Shown here: positions 49,818 to 60,286 of the stretch, piece by piece
How positions within the stretch are numbered: position 1 is the first letter of the stretch
How the letters are laid out: the number at the start of each line of letters is the position of its first letter
From: Acidocella sp.
GTDB taxonomy: Bacteria; Pseudomonadota; Alphaproteobacteria; Acetobacterales; Acetobacteraceae
Assembly (NCBI GenBank): GCA_031291755.1
Contig: JARLIK010000011.1
Span: forward strand, 36,066-100,065
DNA length: 64,000 nucleotides
Direction: 5' to 3'
Position numbers and translations under genes: made by a program
Notes under the pieces: model-generated
The model's input: only the letters and a program-made list of their open reading frames with translations
What the model was told of the DNA's origin: nothing
Database searches by the model: none

Positions 49818-50978
49818 TCATGCAACCGCCCGAATGCCGTTGGATGCAGCCGGCTTGGCGGCGATGCTACCTATCGATGCTACGCTTGCACCGCTCTCTC
49901 GAGGAGTGGTTTGGGTAAAATTCTTCTGGTTGCCGCCATCGCCAATATTTGCCTCGCCGAGGTTTAAGCCAGACGCCGCCATCGCCTGTCGAAGGTCATC
50001 AAGGTTATTATGTAAAAGCTGCACTGTTTGCGGAATGGCAGAAACCAGCAGCACATTCACTTGCGCATTCTGCCCTACTGAAACATGTACGGAGAGATCG
50101 CCAAGACCAGGCGGACTAAGCTGTATCACGGCGCTGCTCTCCCCAGCCTGATGCAGTGCCGTGATCGCCGCGGCCAGGCCGGCGGCATTAACGGCCATGG
50201 ATGTTGGCAGACTAGCTTGTGCCGCCGATAGCGGCGATGATTGCGTTAATGGCAAAATGCCGGACTGAGCGTCAGCCGAGGCCGCGCTGGTCCCTAAGTT
50301 TTGCAGACCGGCGGCGGGCATTTTTGTGTCGGCAGTTTTTGCATAATTATGGACAAAATATTGCACCGTTGCAGCTGACGGAACGATGGTGGGGGACACT
50401 CCTACAGTCGCAGTCGACGTCCCACTGTTATGGTCAGCGTGCAGTACCGTATCTTTCACATTATTGGTGGTGGCAGGATTGCTAGGCCCAGGCATCGCGG
50501 CTTGCGCTGCTTGCACCTGCGGTATTACGCTGTTGGGCGGTGTGCTACTTGCGGTGATGGTTGGTGTCGTCGAATGACTTCCTCGCGCCGTATCATGTTT
50601 TTTGGCAATTATGAGTTTTGTATCCGGCGTAGGCGCATCGGCTGCTGGTTTCGCTAAAGCAGTCACTGTGGATAGTCTTTTTTTGGCGGTCGTTGGTTCA
50701 TCGGGGCTTGCTGCAATAATTGGCGGCTTTCGCGGGCTAACGGCGGTTACCAGCGCCAAAAGGCTTGACGGAGAGGCGTCGAGATTGACAGGTGATTGTT
50801 TGGCTTTCGATTGATCTGCCGTCCCGGCTTTCACGGTTGGCGAATTCTCCGCTTTCTTTGCCGCCTCATGCAACGCTTGCGGCCATGCGGAATGCGATTC
50901 AGTTTGTATTGCCTCGGAATGGATTGCCGTTGCAGCGGTGGTTTTGCCGCTCGATACGGCATTCGTCAAAACGATCAT
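49818..50978 (-). CDS. fliK: Hook-length control protein FliK
   Basis: Low-complexity A/T/S/P N-terminal region; C-terminal IQLSPPGLGDLSV...LRQAMAASGLNL. Confidence 0.85.
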   Translation of the reverse strand: MIVLTNAVSSGKTTAATAIHSEAIQTESHSAWPQALHEAAKKAENSPTVKAGTADQSKAKQSPVNLDASPSSLLALVTAVSPRKPPIIAASPDEPTTAKKRLSTVTALAKPAADAPTPDTKLIIAKKHDTARGSHSTTPTITASSTPPNSVIPQVQAAQAAMPGPSNPATTNNVKDTVLHADHNSGTSTATVGVSPTIVPSAATVQYFVHNYAKTADTKMPAAGLQNLGTSAASADAQSGILPLTQSSPLSAAQASLPTSMAVNAAGLAAAITALHQAGESSAVIQLSPPGLGDLSVHVSVGQNAQVNVLLVSAIPQTVQLLHNNLDDLRQAMAASGLNLGEANIGDGGNQKNFTQTTPRESGASVASIGSIAAKPAASNGIRAVA

Positions 50979-51997
50979 ACCATTTCCTCGGATGCGCTGA
51001 CGGTTATCCGCCCTTCGGCGACAAGCCGCAAAACGATGTCGATAATGTCTTTTTGTGCTGCCAGTGCATCGATCCGGCGCATCGGTGCGCTGCTCTTGAG
51101 TTCCTCTTGCAGCACTTCGACCATTCGGGCTGACATATTTTGAAAAAATTTGGCGCGAACGGATTCGTCGACCAGTCTAAGCGCCGGTGCCAGCCGTTCA
51201 TTAGGTACTTCCCGCAGGACGATTTGCAGTGAGCGATCCGGCAGTTTTCCGAGGTCAATGAAGGTAAAAAGGCTATCACGAATTTTTTGCGCCGTATCGT
51301 TGTCGCGCTCAGTGATGCTGCCAAGCATCCGCTCGGAAAGCCCGCCATGCAAATGATTCAAAATATCAGCAGCTTGCCGTACGCCCCCTAAGTTAGTCAG
51401 CCGCTTGCCGTGTGAGTCGTTGGTTTCATCAAGCTCCGCCAGCATCTCGCGCAGTTCAATCACCGCGCCGGGCGAAACAACGTCTAGCATGGCAAAGCGG
51501 TATAAGGCTTCCGACGCCAAAGCTTCTGGCAAGAAGGATAGAAACTGCGCACCTGCCTCTTGTGGAATATGCGCCAGAAGTAGCGCGATTGTCTGCGGCC
51601 TTTCATTGGCCATTTGTATTGCCAGCGTTCGTGGATCGGTGGTGGCAGGCAGATTGAGAGGCGAGCCGCGGCCGCTATATTTCAGACGATCAAGAATTTC
51701 CCTAGCGTGGTCTTCACCCAGCGCTGAGATGAGAACGGCGCTGACATAGCGCAGCCCATCCACACCACCGCCATCAAGACCGAGATCAACGGAGAACTCG
51801 TGCAGCACATCACCTAGAATGGCTGGAGTCGCCCGTTGCAAACGGCTCATTGCCGCAGAGATTTTGGCAATCGCCGGTTCATCCATATGGCGCATTACCT
51901 GCGAAGCCGCATCTTCACCTAATGCCCGCAGAATAATGGCCGCCCGTATTACACCGCTTAATGGCCCTGATGTTTCAACGAGGTGCTGCTCATTCAT
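50975..51997 (-). CDS. fliG: Flagellar rotor protein FliG
   Basis: AAIILRALGE, ERPQTIALLL, GGVRQAADILN, LFTFIDL, NMSARM torque helix. Confidence 0.93.
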   Translation of the reverse strand: MNEQHLVETSGPLSGVIRAAIILRALGEDAASQVMRHMDEPAIAKISAAMSRLQRATPAILGDVLHEFSVDLGLDGGGVDGLRYVSAVLISALGEDHAREILDRLKYSGRGSPLNLPATTDPRTLAIQMANERPQTIALLLAHIPQEAGAQFLSFLPEALASEALYRFAMLDVVSPGAVIELREMLAELDETNDSHGKRLTNLGGVRQAADILNHLHGGLSERMLGSITERDNDTAQKIRDSLFTFIDLGKLPDRSLQIVLREVPNERLAPALRLVDESVRAKFFQNMSARMVEVLQEELKSSAPMRRIDALAAQKDIIDIVLRLVAEGRITVSASEEMV

Positions 51998-53513
51998 TTT
52001 CATCGGCCCAATTTTGCAGAAGTCTAGCCACACCAGCCGGGTTTCCCCTCGCCACGTCGCGCAACGCGCTGAAGTCTGGTGGTGGTAAAGTCGCCGGCAT
52101 TGGCCGATTGGTCAGGGCAGCCTGCCCTTGCCGTACCCCGACGGTTGATAGCCGGCGGCCAAGTGGCAATGCTACACCGAATAAAAATGCAACCGCTGCC
52201 AATAGTTCCAGCAAAGCTTGCGTGACCGGGCCGGTGGCATGAAAATAATTGCCGGCCAGCATGGTTGGTTCCGGCGCTTGAAACGGCGCCGCCAAAACGT
52301 TGACGGTGACCTGAGGATAGGCGAATGCGCCCGCGATGGCGGCTTTTACCTGTTCCGTCGTCACGCTGCCGAGCGTGGCTTTGTTAAGTACGACCGATAC
52401 GGCGATTGATTTAACCGTCCAATCTGGCTTCGTAACATCGCTGTCGCTGATGTCGGTGACATATGTTTGATCAAGCTTTTTGCTGAAATCTTTTGGCTCC
52501 GCAACGGCAGCCGCACTCGCGCCGGATGGCGTGCTGTTCGCGCTGGCTTGTCCTGATGCAGGCGGAATTACCGCGTTTGTGGGCGCAGGCGGCTCGTTTG
52601 TCATGGCGCCCGGAATTCCAAAACCGGCCATCTGACCACCCGACCCGCTCGATTGACTGCTAATTTCGTGAGTGACAAGGTTGGTCGGACCGTAGGAGAT
52701 TTGGTGAATATGCGCTTGTGTAAAATCCACATTCGCCGCTACATCACTGCGGAAATTTCCATATCCCACTAAAGGGGTCAGCAGTTGCGAGATCCGCGCA
52801 TTGGCAGTGGATTCAACTTCGGCAACAGTCGAAAATTGCGTGCTGGCGAGCATGCTGCCATCTGTTGGAAATACCGTTAATCCTGAAGTGGTGGCTACGC
52901 TCACGTCATTTACTGCAAGCCCGACGACGGCACCGGCTACGAGCTTGGCAATGGCTGCCCCTTGCGATTGTGCGTCCTGGTTGCTGGCCGATATAATAAC
53001 TGATGCTGTCGGTTTCGGCTGGTCTGCAAGAAACGGGGTATCGGGCGGCATGGCCAAATATATCTGCGCTGCCGAAATTCCCTCCATATTATCGATTGTC
53101 TCGGCCAGTGATGCTTCCAAGGCGCGCACCGCCATAGTACTTTGTGCCAGATCGGACGCTGTCATGGGCGCATCCTCAAGCCGGTCCCAGCCGGTTGATA
53201 CATTATCACCAGGAACCCCGGAAGCGCCAAGCTGCAGACGGGCGCTGGAAAGTTGTGGCGCAGGCACCAGAATGACATTGCCGGCGGCCTGAAGCTCATA
53301 GGGAATGCCGAGCTTTTGCAACTCGGCAATCACCTTGCCGCCATCCGCTGGCGATAAGCCGTCATATAGCGCTACATAAGGTGGCCCACCCGCTTGCAGA
53401 GCAAACACGACAGCCAGCGAAACGGCGATAACGCCGGATACGGCCCACGCCATAGCGGGCACCCGGAAAATCTGAACCTTTAGGCGCGGCCAGTAACCTT
53501 GCCAGCCAGCCAT
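51990..53513 (-). CDS. fliF: MS-ring protein FliF
   Basis: YVALYDGLSPADGG, IPY, RALEASLAETI, PTASVI, two TM segments. Confidence 0.92.
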   Translation of the reverse strand: MAGWQGYWPRLKVQIFRVPAMAWAVSGVIAVSLAVVFALQAGGPPYVALYDGLSPADGGKVIAELQKLGIPYELQAAGNVILVPAPQLSSARLQLGASGVPGDNVSTGWDRLEDAPMTASDLAQSTMAVRALEASLAETIDNMEGISAAQIYLAMPPDTPFLADQPKPTASVIISASNQDAQSQGAAIAKLVAGAVVGLAVNDVSVATTSGLTVFPTDGSMLASTQFSTVAEVESTANARISQLLTPLVGYGNFRSDVAANVDFTQAHIHQISYGPTNLVTHEISSQSSGSGGQMAGFGIPGAMTNEPPAPTNAVIPPASGQASANSTPSGASAAAVAEPKDFSKKLDQTYVTDISDSDVTKPDWTVKSIAVSVVLNKATLGSVTTEQVKAAIAGAFAYPQVTVNVLAAPFQAPEPTMLAGNYFHATGPVTQALLELLAAVAFLFGVALPLGRRLSTVGVRQGQAALTNRPMPATLPPPDFSALRDVARGNPAGVARLLQNWADENE

Positions 53514-53827
53514 TAGAGCGGCATATTCATAATTGATTGATACGCAGAAACAACCTCGTTACGGACAGCAACCGTCGCGTTCCAGGCGACCTCGGCACGA
53601 TCACTGCTGACCAGCGCATTGCCCAGAGTCGCGCCAGGTAATCCAGATGCATACGACGATTCGGCGCTCACTGCGGTCTGCTGCACGGAACTGACATTTT
53701 TTAGCGCGCTGTCGATCATGTTAAAAAAACTGCCAGCACTATTATCGGTGGTAGGAATAGCGGTTGCCGGCAGCGCAGCCGCATTGCCTGTTAACGCGAG
53801 GATCGTAGATATAGTCATATTCGCCAT
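53513..53827 (-). CDS. fliE: Hook-basal body protein FliE
   Basis: VRNEVVSAYQSIMNMPL. Confidence 0.92.
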   Translation of the reverse strand: MANMTISTILALTGNAAALPATAIPTTDNSAGSFFNMIDSALKNVSSVQQTAVSAESSYASGLPGATLGNALVSSDRAEVAWNATVAVRNEVVSAYQSIMNMPL

Positions 53828-54167
53828 CTCCTACCTCTCCGGCCAACGTGCCCGCCGGCCCGATATATTGCGGTCGTTTTGATCCTAGATGACGGTCCTT
53901 AATTTTCTCTTATCAAGCGCCCCCAGGGATATTTTCTCGGCGCGAAATATAAAGAAGGCGTCACGATCCGACCCTAGTGGCAGAAATCTATGATGTTTTT
54001 ACAAGTTCAATTTGTGCATCTAATGACTGCCTAATAGCGGTAAGTCGCTCAAACGTAGTCATCTCGTATAAATAACTTTGTCTGTCTGACATAAGTAAAG
54101 TCTTAATATTTCTCAATTATGCATCGCTCATCACCACGGTCGCAGATTTCAAATGGGGCAAGGCGCG

Positions 54168-54533
54168 ATGCAAGTTGGATTTTTGAATGTGTATGGCGGA
54201 ATTTTATCTGTACGAGAGGACCGGGCTGCCTTGCTGGCCGACAATATCGCCAATGCTGACACACCTGGCTACAAGGCTGTCGATATTCCTTTCGAGGCGG
54301 CACTTGGTGCGCAACTGCTCGATCCGCAAGCCGCGCCATCGCAGGTTAGCATGTTGACACCGGAATATCGTGCAGCTGCCAAAGTTGGCCTTGATGGTAA
54401 TGATGTCTCGCTTGATTTTGAGCGGGTGGAAGCCGCCCAAAATGGCGAAGCCATGATTGGCGCAGCTACGTTCCTACACCAATCAACAGCCGATCTTGTT
54501 ATGGCCTTACGGCCGAATCCGGGGGGCAATTGA
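54168..54533 (+). CDS. flgB: Proximal rod protein FlgB
   Basis: LADNIANADTPGYKAVD, DGNDVSLDFE. Confidence 0.93.
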   Translation: MQVGFLNVYGGILSVREDRAALLADNIANADTPGYKAVDIPFEAALGAQLLDPQAAPSQVSMLTPEYRAAAKVGLDGNDVSLDFERVEAAQNGEAMIGAATFLHQSTADLVMALRPNPGGN

Positions 54534-54534
54534 G

Positions 54535-54969
54535 ATGAGAGGAGCAGATATATTTGCCATCGCCGGCAGTGCGCTGGATGCCCAAAACAACCGGATGGCG
54601 GTTATAGCCTCCAATCTTGCTAACGTTGATTCTGTCACGTCTCCCGGTGGCACGCCATATCGTGCGCAGAATGTTGTGTTCGCAGCGACTCCTGTTACCG
54701 GTGATGAGTCTGAATCAGAGGGAGATACCGGTAGCGTCGGTGTTGACGTGGTGGGGACCGTGCAAAGTAACGCGCCACCCAAACAGCAATATGATCCTGG
54801 CAGTCCTTATGCCGATGCAAGCGGATACGTCACTGGGTCCAACGTTTCGCAAATTAGTCAGATGGTAGATCTTATTGATTCGTCAAACAGCTATGCCGCG
54901 TCAGTTGCCGTGTTGCAGCAGGCCAGCCATGTCGACCAGCAAATGCTCTCCAGCTTTCAGGTGTCATAA
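54535..54969 (+). CDS. flgC: Proximal rod protein FlgC
   Basis: IAGSALDAQ..RM..IASNLAN, PYRAQ, YDPGSPYAD..GYV. Confidence 0.93.
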   Translation: MRGADIFAIAGSALDAQNNRMAVIASNLANVDSVTSPGGTPYRAQNVVFAATPVTGDESESEGDTGSVGVDVVGTVQSNAPPKQQYDPGSPYADASGYVTGSNVSQISQMVDLIDSSNSYAASVAVLQQASHVDQQMLSSFQVS

Positions 54970-55667
54970 TGAGTAATCTTGCCATCCCCAGCACCACCAC
55001 CGCGGCATCTGTTGCCGCGTCAATAACAGCCTTCAGCGGCAATTCGTCGGCCAGCACATCAAGCTCGGCGGCAACGCTTACCCAGCAGGATTTCTTGCAG
55101 CTTTTAACGGCGCAACTGAAATACCAAACGCCCTCATCACCAGCTGATCCAACTCAGCTTGCGTCGGAGTTTGCCGCCATTTCAACGGTTAATGGCATAA
55201 CCCAGCTTAATAGCCAGGTAAGTAGTATCCAGGCGAGCGCTGCGGCGGCGCAAATGGCACAGGCATCCAGCCTTGTTGGAAAGCAGGTAGCCGTCTCGGG
55301 AAATATGATAACAGCAAATGCCAACGGCGTTGCCGAAGGAGCGTTTGATTTAAGCAGCGCTGCCCAGTCGAGCAGCGTTACTATATTCTCATCAAGCGGG
55401 GCGGTCGCAGGAACCGTGAATCTCGGGTCATTGCAAGCCGGCCAGCAGAGTTTCACTTGGAGCCAAGGGACCGCGGGCTCGCAATACACCTATCAGGTCA
55501 ATGCAACAAATTCATCGGGGACAGCGGTCTCAGCGACGCCCTACAGTGTTTACACCGTCAGCGGCGTGAATATTTCGGGATCATCGCCGACGCTCAATGT
55601 GCAAGGCAACGCAACGCCGTTGCCAATTTCGTCAGTTCAAACCGTACTGGGAGCCGCTTCACCATGA
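54969..55667 (+). CDS. flgD: Hook capping protein FlgD
   Basis: QQDFLQLLTAQLKYQTP, QASSLVGKQV. Confidence 0.92.
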   Translation: MSNLAIPSTTTAASVAASITAFSGNSSASTSSSAATLTQQDFLQLLTAQLKYQTPSSPADPTQLASEFAAISTVNGITQLNSQVSSIQASAAAAQMAQASSLVGKQVAVSGNMITANANGVAEGAFDLSSAAQSSSVTIFSSSGAVAGTVNLGSLQAGQQSFTWSQGTAGSQYTYQVNATNSSGTAVSATPYSVYTVSGVNISGSSPTLNVQGNATPLPISSVQTVLGAASP

Positions 55668-56893
55668 CACTTCAAACCGCCTTGTCGGGCCTGCTTGGCG
55701 CACAGACAGGATTAAATACAGTTTCAAACGATTTAGCGAATGCCAGTACAACTGCATTCAAAAGTCAGACAGCGCTGTTTTCCGACATCTATCCTGCAAA
55801 TCAATCAAACGTTCCGGGCATCGGCGTGGCGACGAGCGCTATTACATCCGACCTCACGCAAGGCAGTTTGGTCGCTACCGGTAATCCGTTGGATGCAGCG
55901 ATTCAGGGCAATGGCTATTTCGTCGTTTCAGAGAATGGTCAACAGCAATATACCAGAGACGGTTCATTTCAATTGAATACGCAAGGTCAATTGGTCTCTG
56001 CTACCGGCGCTCAGGTGATGGGTTATGCGCAGACGGCAGCTGGCACTTTAAGTGCAACCTTGTCACCTATTACCGTTAATACTGGTGCCTTGGGAGCAAA
56101 CCCGACAGGCACGTTGGGCCTAACCCTCAATCTCAATTCTGGTGATCCGGTAATCCCAGCTACAACGGCCTTTAATGCCGCGGATCCTACAACCTACGAT
56201 GAAGCGACATCGGTGGTAGCTTATGATTCTCTCGGTAATGCAAACCGGGTTGGACTGTATTTTGTGCAAAATCCAGCGGCAGTTGGTGGAGCTGGTACAC
56301 CGAGTTGGACAGTTTATGCGCAGCCCGAGACAGCGGGTGGGGCAGCAATTGGAACGCCACAAACACTAACCACGCTGAATTTTTCAACGTCTGGGCAGTT
56401 GTCGAGCGGCAGTCCTGCATCATTAAATGTGGCCTGGGGAAATGGCGCAGCAAATTCCGCCATACAGTTCAACCTAACCGGTACAACTATGGGTGCTCAA
56501 GGTTTTGCGGTCGCAGGCATAACCAATGACGGATATCAACCCGGCAATTATTCCGGGACGACGATTAGCAGCACAGGCGGTCTTGTGTCGACATATAGTA
56601 ATGGTCAGACCCTGAGTGCCGGCAGCCTATCGCTTGCCAACTTCATCAACCCAAATGGCTTGCAGCCTGTCACAGGAAATTTATTTGCCGCGTCACAAAC
56701 CTCTGGTCAGCCGGTGTTGGACGTTGCAGGCACCGGCCAAGCTGGTTTAGTTAGTGGCGGCAATCTCGAACAATCGAATGCGTCAACATCATCGTTGCTG
56801 GTATCGTTGATTCAATATCAGCAGGCATATCAGGCGAATACGTCGGTGATACAAACCGAACAGCAAGACAGCACGCGCTTAACTCAAATCTAG
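55664..56893 (+). CDS. flgE: Hook protein FlgE
   Basis: SNDLANASTTAFKS, LDAAIQGNGYF, YTRDGSF, YDSLGNA, LEQSNA. Confidence 0.93.
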   Translation: MTLQTALSGLLGAQTGLNTVSNDLANASTTAFKSQTALFSDIYPANQSNVPGIGVATSAITSDLTQGSLVATGNPLDAAIQGNGYFVVSENGQQQYTRDGSFQLNTQGQLVSATGAQVMGYAQTAAGTLSATLSPITVNTGALGANPTGTLGLTLNLNSGDPVIPATTAFNAADPTTYDEATSVVAYDSLGNANRVGLYFVQNPAAVGGAGTPSWTVYAQPETAGGAAIGTPQTLTTLNFSTSGQLSSGSPASLNVAWGNGAANSAIQFNLTGTTMGAQGFAVAGITNDGYQPGNYSGTTISSTGGLVSTYSNGQTLSAGSLSLANFINPNGLQPVTGNLFAASQTSGQPVLDVAGTGQAGLVSGGNLEQSNASTSSLLVSLIQYQQAYQANTSVIQTEQQDSTRLTQI

Positions 56894-56895
56894 CC

Positions 56896-57639
56896 ATGAC
56901 CAGTAGCACCGCATATACAACGATGGCTGGTTTGCAGGCAATTACTGCGCAAATGGATGCAACGGCTGCGAATTTGGCCAATGTTCAGACTCCTGGCTAT
57001 GCCGCGGTGCAGGCAGCTATCCAAGCGGCTCCTTATGTTGGTGCAAATGCACCAGCAGGAGCTGACACTGTGGCGCTAATCCCTGCTCCGAACACGCAGC
57101 AAGGTGCGTTGGTGCACACAGGCGACCCCTTTAACGTTGCCCTGGGCGGCAACGCATGGCTAGAGGTGCAAACGGCTTCCGGAAATACGTTGACTCGCAA
57201 TGGTACTTTACAAATCTCAAGCAACGGAATTCTGATCGACAGTTCTGGAGATCCAATTCTCAGCGTCTCCGGCCAACCGATCAGCTTGCCTGCACTGGCG
57301 AAGATTGAAATTGGAACCGACGGCACCGTTTCTGGCGTGCCCACGGGTCAACCAGGTGAACTTGCGCAATCTTATGGCCAGATTAATTTGGTCAGTACAC
57401 CGGCTGGACCTCTAACGCCGCTTGGTGGGTCGCTGTTTTCCCCTGCGTCAGATGCCGTGCTGCAAACGAGTCAAAATGGGTCGCTCCATCAGGGCTACCT
57501 AAACGGCAGCAATGTCGACCCCACGCAGGCGATGATGGCGTTGATTGCGGGTTCACGCTCGTATCAGTTGCAAACAGAACTTCTAAAAACGCAGTCCGGC
57601 GGCAGTCAGCAATTGAATGCATTGCTGGCTCAAGGTTGA
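56896..57639 (+). CDS. flgF: Rod protein FlgF
   Basis: ANLANVQTPGY, TRNGTL, GYLNGSNVD. Confidence 0.9.
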   Translation: MTSSTAYTTMAGLQAITAQMDATAANLANVQTPGYAAVQAAIQAAPYVGANAPAGADTVALIPAPNTQQGALVHTGDPFNVALGGNAWLEVQTASGNTLTRNGTLQISSNGILIDSSGDPILSVSGQPISLPALAKIEIGTDGTVSGVPTGQPGELAQSYGQINLVSTPAGPLTPLGGSLFSPASDAVLQTSQNGSLHQGYLNGSNVDPTQAMMALIAGSRSYQLQTELLKTQSGGSQQLNALLAQG

Positions 57640-57657
57640 TCAAAAGGATTCCCCTCA

Positions 57658-58452
57658 ATGAACCATGCGCTAGATACAATAGCCACCGGACTCGAAGCCA
57701 GCCAGACGATGATGGATACCATTGCGGACAATCTGTCCAACGTTAACACCACCGGTTTCAAGTCAGAGACGCCTGAGTTCCAAACCCTCCTTTATCAGGA
57801 TGGCATTCAACCAGGAGCCAATTCCACCGGGCTAACTGTTTATCCGTCCGGCATGCAGGTCGGCACGGGGGTAAAAGTGGCTTCGATAAAAGATGTTCTT
57901 ACGCAAGGAACATTAACCAGTACCGGAAATCCGCTCGATTTAGCTATTAATGGACAAGGCTATTTTCAGATATTGCTGCCAAGCGGACAGACAGCGTACA
58001 CGCGCGACGGGTCATTTCAGGTCAATCAAAATGGCCAGCTTGTTAATTCGAGCGGCTATCAGGTCATTCCGAACGTTACCGTTCCGGCAAATGCTACAAG
58101 CGTCACAATTGGTACCGATGGAACCGTTTCGATTACGGTGCCTGGATCGCAAACAGCTACTCAAATAGGACAAATTCAACTGGCTAGCTTTATCAATCCG
58201 CAAGGGCTTCAGCCGCTGGGCGGTAATTTGTTTGCGAGCACATCATCAAGCGGTACCGCGATAGCCGGTGCCCCACAAACCAACGGACTTGGATCAGTAA
58301 ACCAAAATTATGTAGAATCGTCAAACGTTGATGTAGTGCAAGCTATGGTAAGCATGATCTCCGCTGAGCGTGCCTACCAACTTGGCACGCAAGCTGCCTC
58401 GGCGATCGATAATCAATTGAATTATCTCGCGCAAGCTGCTGCAGGTGCATAA
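57658..58452 (+). CDS. flgG: Distal rod protein FlgG
   Basis: NLSNVNTTGFK, FQTLLYQ, GMQVGTGV, LDLAINGQGYFQ, VESSNVDVV. Confidence 0.95.
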   Translation: MNHALDTIATGLEASQTMMDTIADNLSNVNTTGFKSETPEFQTLLYQDGIQPGANSTGLTVYPSGMQVGTGVKVASIKDVLTQGTLTSTGNPLDLAINGQGYFQILLPSGQTAYTRDGSFQVNQNGQLVNSSGYQVIPNVTVPANATSVTIGTDGTVSITVPGSQTATQIGQIQLASFINPQGLQPLGGNLFASTSSSGTAIAGAPQTNGLGSVNQNYVESSNVDVVQAMVSMISAERAYQLGTQAASAIDNQLNYLAQAAAGA

Positions 58453-59159
58453 TGATCGGAAATCGCCGTCTTACGATGAACATAAGTTCTTTGCTGCAAG
58501 TCGTATTGGCTCTCGCTGCCTGTACAACCACCGCCGCTGGACCTGCGGCAATTGTTAAGCCAGCCGAATTTCCTATCAATGTCAAACAACAAATACCCTC
58601 TCTCAACGGCTCGGTATTCCCAGTTACAACCACCGGTTCTCTCTATGAGCCAAGGCGCGACTGGCGCCCAGGCGATCTGGTTACGATTGATATCGTTACC
58701 AGCACGGTTGCAGCAAATAACGACAATGCGGCTCTCAAGCGTACTGGTACTTTGAGTGATTCCATGACAAGTTTCATGGGGGTACCTTTGCAATTCGGCA
58801 GCTATAAAGGTTCGCCATTTTCTCCATCGATCGGCGCGACAAGCGATCAGGAATATACTGGCTCCGGCACCGCTGCGGCCTCCAATAATATCACGGGGCA
58901 AGTTGAGGCTGTCATAACAAGCGTTGATCCCAACGGGACGTTGGCCCTGTCAGGCCGAACCAATGTCAATATCAATGGCAATGTCACCAGCATTGTGGTG
59001 ACTGGCTATGCAAGCCCTGACGACATTGCTGCGAATACCACAATAAGCTCGAACAATGTGGCCGATATGAATGTGCAGTATGTTGGTGTTGGCCCGATTA
59101 GCGGTGCTCATCAAGTACCTTGGTTGCAGCAAATCCTCTCCAAAGTATCGCCATTCTGA
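58452..59159 (+). CDS. flgH: L-ring lipoprotein FlgH
   Basis: Lipobox LAAC, GDLVTI, PNGTL, PDDIAANTTISS, WLQQ..SPF. Confidence 0.9.
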   Translation: MIGNRRLTMNISSLLQVVLALAACTTTAAGPAAIVKPAEFPINVKQQIPSLNGSVFPVTTTGSLYEPRRDWRPGDLVTIDIVTSTVAANNDNAALKRTGTLSDSMTSFMGVPLQFGSYKGSPFSPSIGATSDQEYTGSGTAAASNNITGQVEAVITSVDPNGTLALSGRTNVNINGNVTSIVVTGYASPDDIAANTTISSNNVADMNVQYVGVGPISGAHQVPWLQQILSKVSPF

Positions 59160-60286
59160 TGTCTATATTTCATATCAGGTCAGTGATGTTGCTTGCATTA
59201 GTTTGTGTGGCTTACTTCGGCGTTGCGGTTGATGGGGTGCTGGCGGCGGATCCAACAACCATTGGGTCATTGGTAACAGTAGCCGGCGCTCCCAGCAATC
59301 AACTTTATGGCTATGGTTTAGTTGTCGGGTTGCCGGGTTCAGGTGACCAAACAACCGAAGTTCCCTATACTCAGCAATCTATATTGAACATGCTGCGCAA
59401 CATGGGAATCTCATTGCCCAACGTAACCTCCATGCAGCCGAACGATGTTGCCTCGGTCATGATCACCGCGGAAGTTCCAGCATTTGCTCATGCGGGTCAG
59501 CATATTGATGTTACGGTTTCGGCCGTTGGTAACGCGACATCTCTTGCCGGTGGCGTTTTGCTGCCAACGCCGCTGCGCGGTGGCAATGGTCAGGTTTATG
59601 CGCAGGCACAAGGTCCGTTACTGGTCAGTGGTTTTGCTGTCAGCAGTGGTGGCAGTACCTCAAGCACTAATGTTCCTACGGTAGGTGAATTGCCAGGCGG
59701 CGCGATTATCTCCACAACCATTCCAGCAGATTTTCAAGCCGGCGGCGCCAGCACCTTATTATTAAACATCCCCAGCTATCAAACGGCCCAGCTGATATCG
59801 GACCGTATCGACGCCGTCTATGGTGTCGGCACAGCATCGGCGGCGTCACCAGGTGAAGTTGATTTGCAAAATAATCGCACCGGTCCAGTCCGCTTTATCG
59901 CCGGTGTTTTGGCCTTGTCGATTACGCCGGAGGACCAAGCGCCTACCATCATCGTTGATGCACAGAGCGGCACTATTGTCATGAGTGCTGGTGTTACGCT
60001 TGGTCCAGCCGTTGTGTCGCACGGAGATCTGACGGTGAGTATTCAAACTTCGAATGCCGTCAGCCAGCCTGGCCCGTTTAGTAATGGCACTAGTGTGGGG
60101 GTTCAGAACACCGTTGCCAGCGCCAAGCAGGGCAAGGCCAGCGTGATTAATCTGCCGCGCGCCACTACTCTTGCCGATGTCGCCCGCGCTCTGAATGCAG
60201 TTGGCGCATCGCCGGCTGATTTGGTTGCCATTGTCGAAGCTTTGAAACAGGCTGGCGCGATCAATGGTGTGGTGAAGGTGATTTGA
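59159..60286 (+). CDS. flgI: P-ring protein FlgI
   Basis: NQLYGYGLVVGLPGSGD, IDVTVSAVGNATSLAGG, ALKQAGAI. Confidence 0.95.
   Translation: MSIFHIRSVMLLALVCVAYFGVAVDGVLAADPTTIGSLVTVAGAPSNQLYGYGLVVGLPGSGDQTTEVPYTQQSILNMLRNMGISLPNVTSMQPNDVASVMITAEVPAFAHAGQHIDVTVSAVGNATSLAGGVLLPTPLRGGNGQVYAQAQGPLLVSGFAVSSGGSTSSTNVPTVGELPGGAIISTTIPADFQAGGASTLLLNIPSYQTAQLISDRIDAVYGVGTASAASPGEVDLQNNRTGPVRFIAGVLALSITPEDQAPTIIVDAQSGTIVMSAGVTLGPAVVSHGDLTVSIQTSNAVSQPGPFSNGTSVGVQNTVASAKQGKASVINLPRATTLADVARALNAVGASPADLVAIVEALKQAGAINGVVKVI

Noticed and set aside
42566-53513. Non-flagellar type III injectisome
   Set aside because: Rod, hook, filament, L/P rings and stators are present and there is no secretin, so the system is flagellar
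53828-54167. Sigma-54 promoter for flagellar class II operons
   Set aside because: TGGCAG near 53978 lacks the TTGC at -12; no valid -24/-12 pair found
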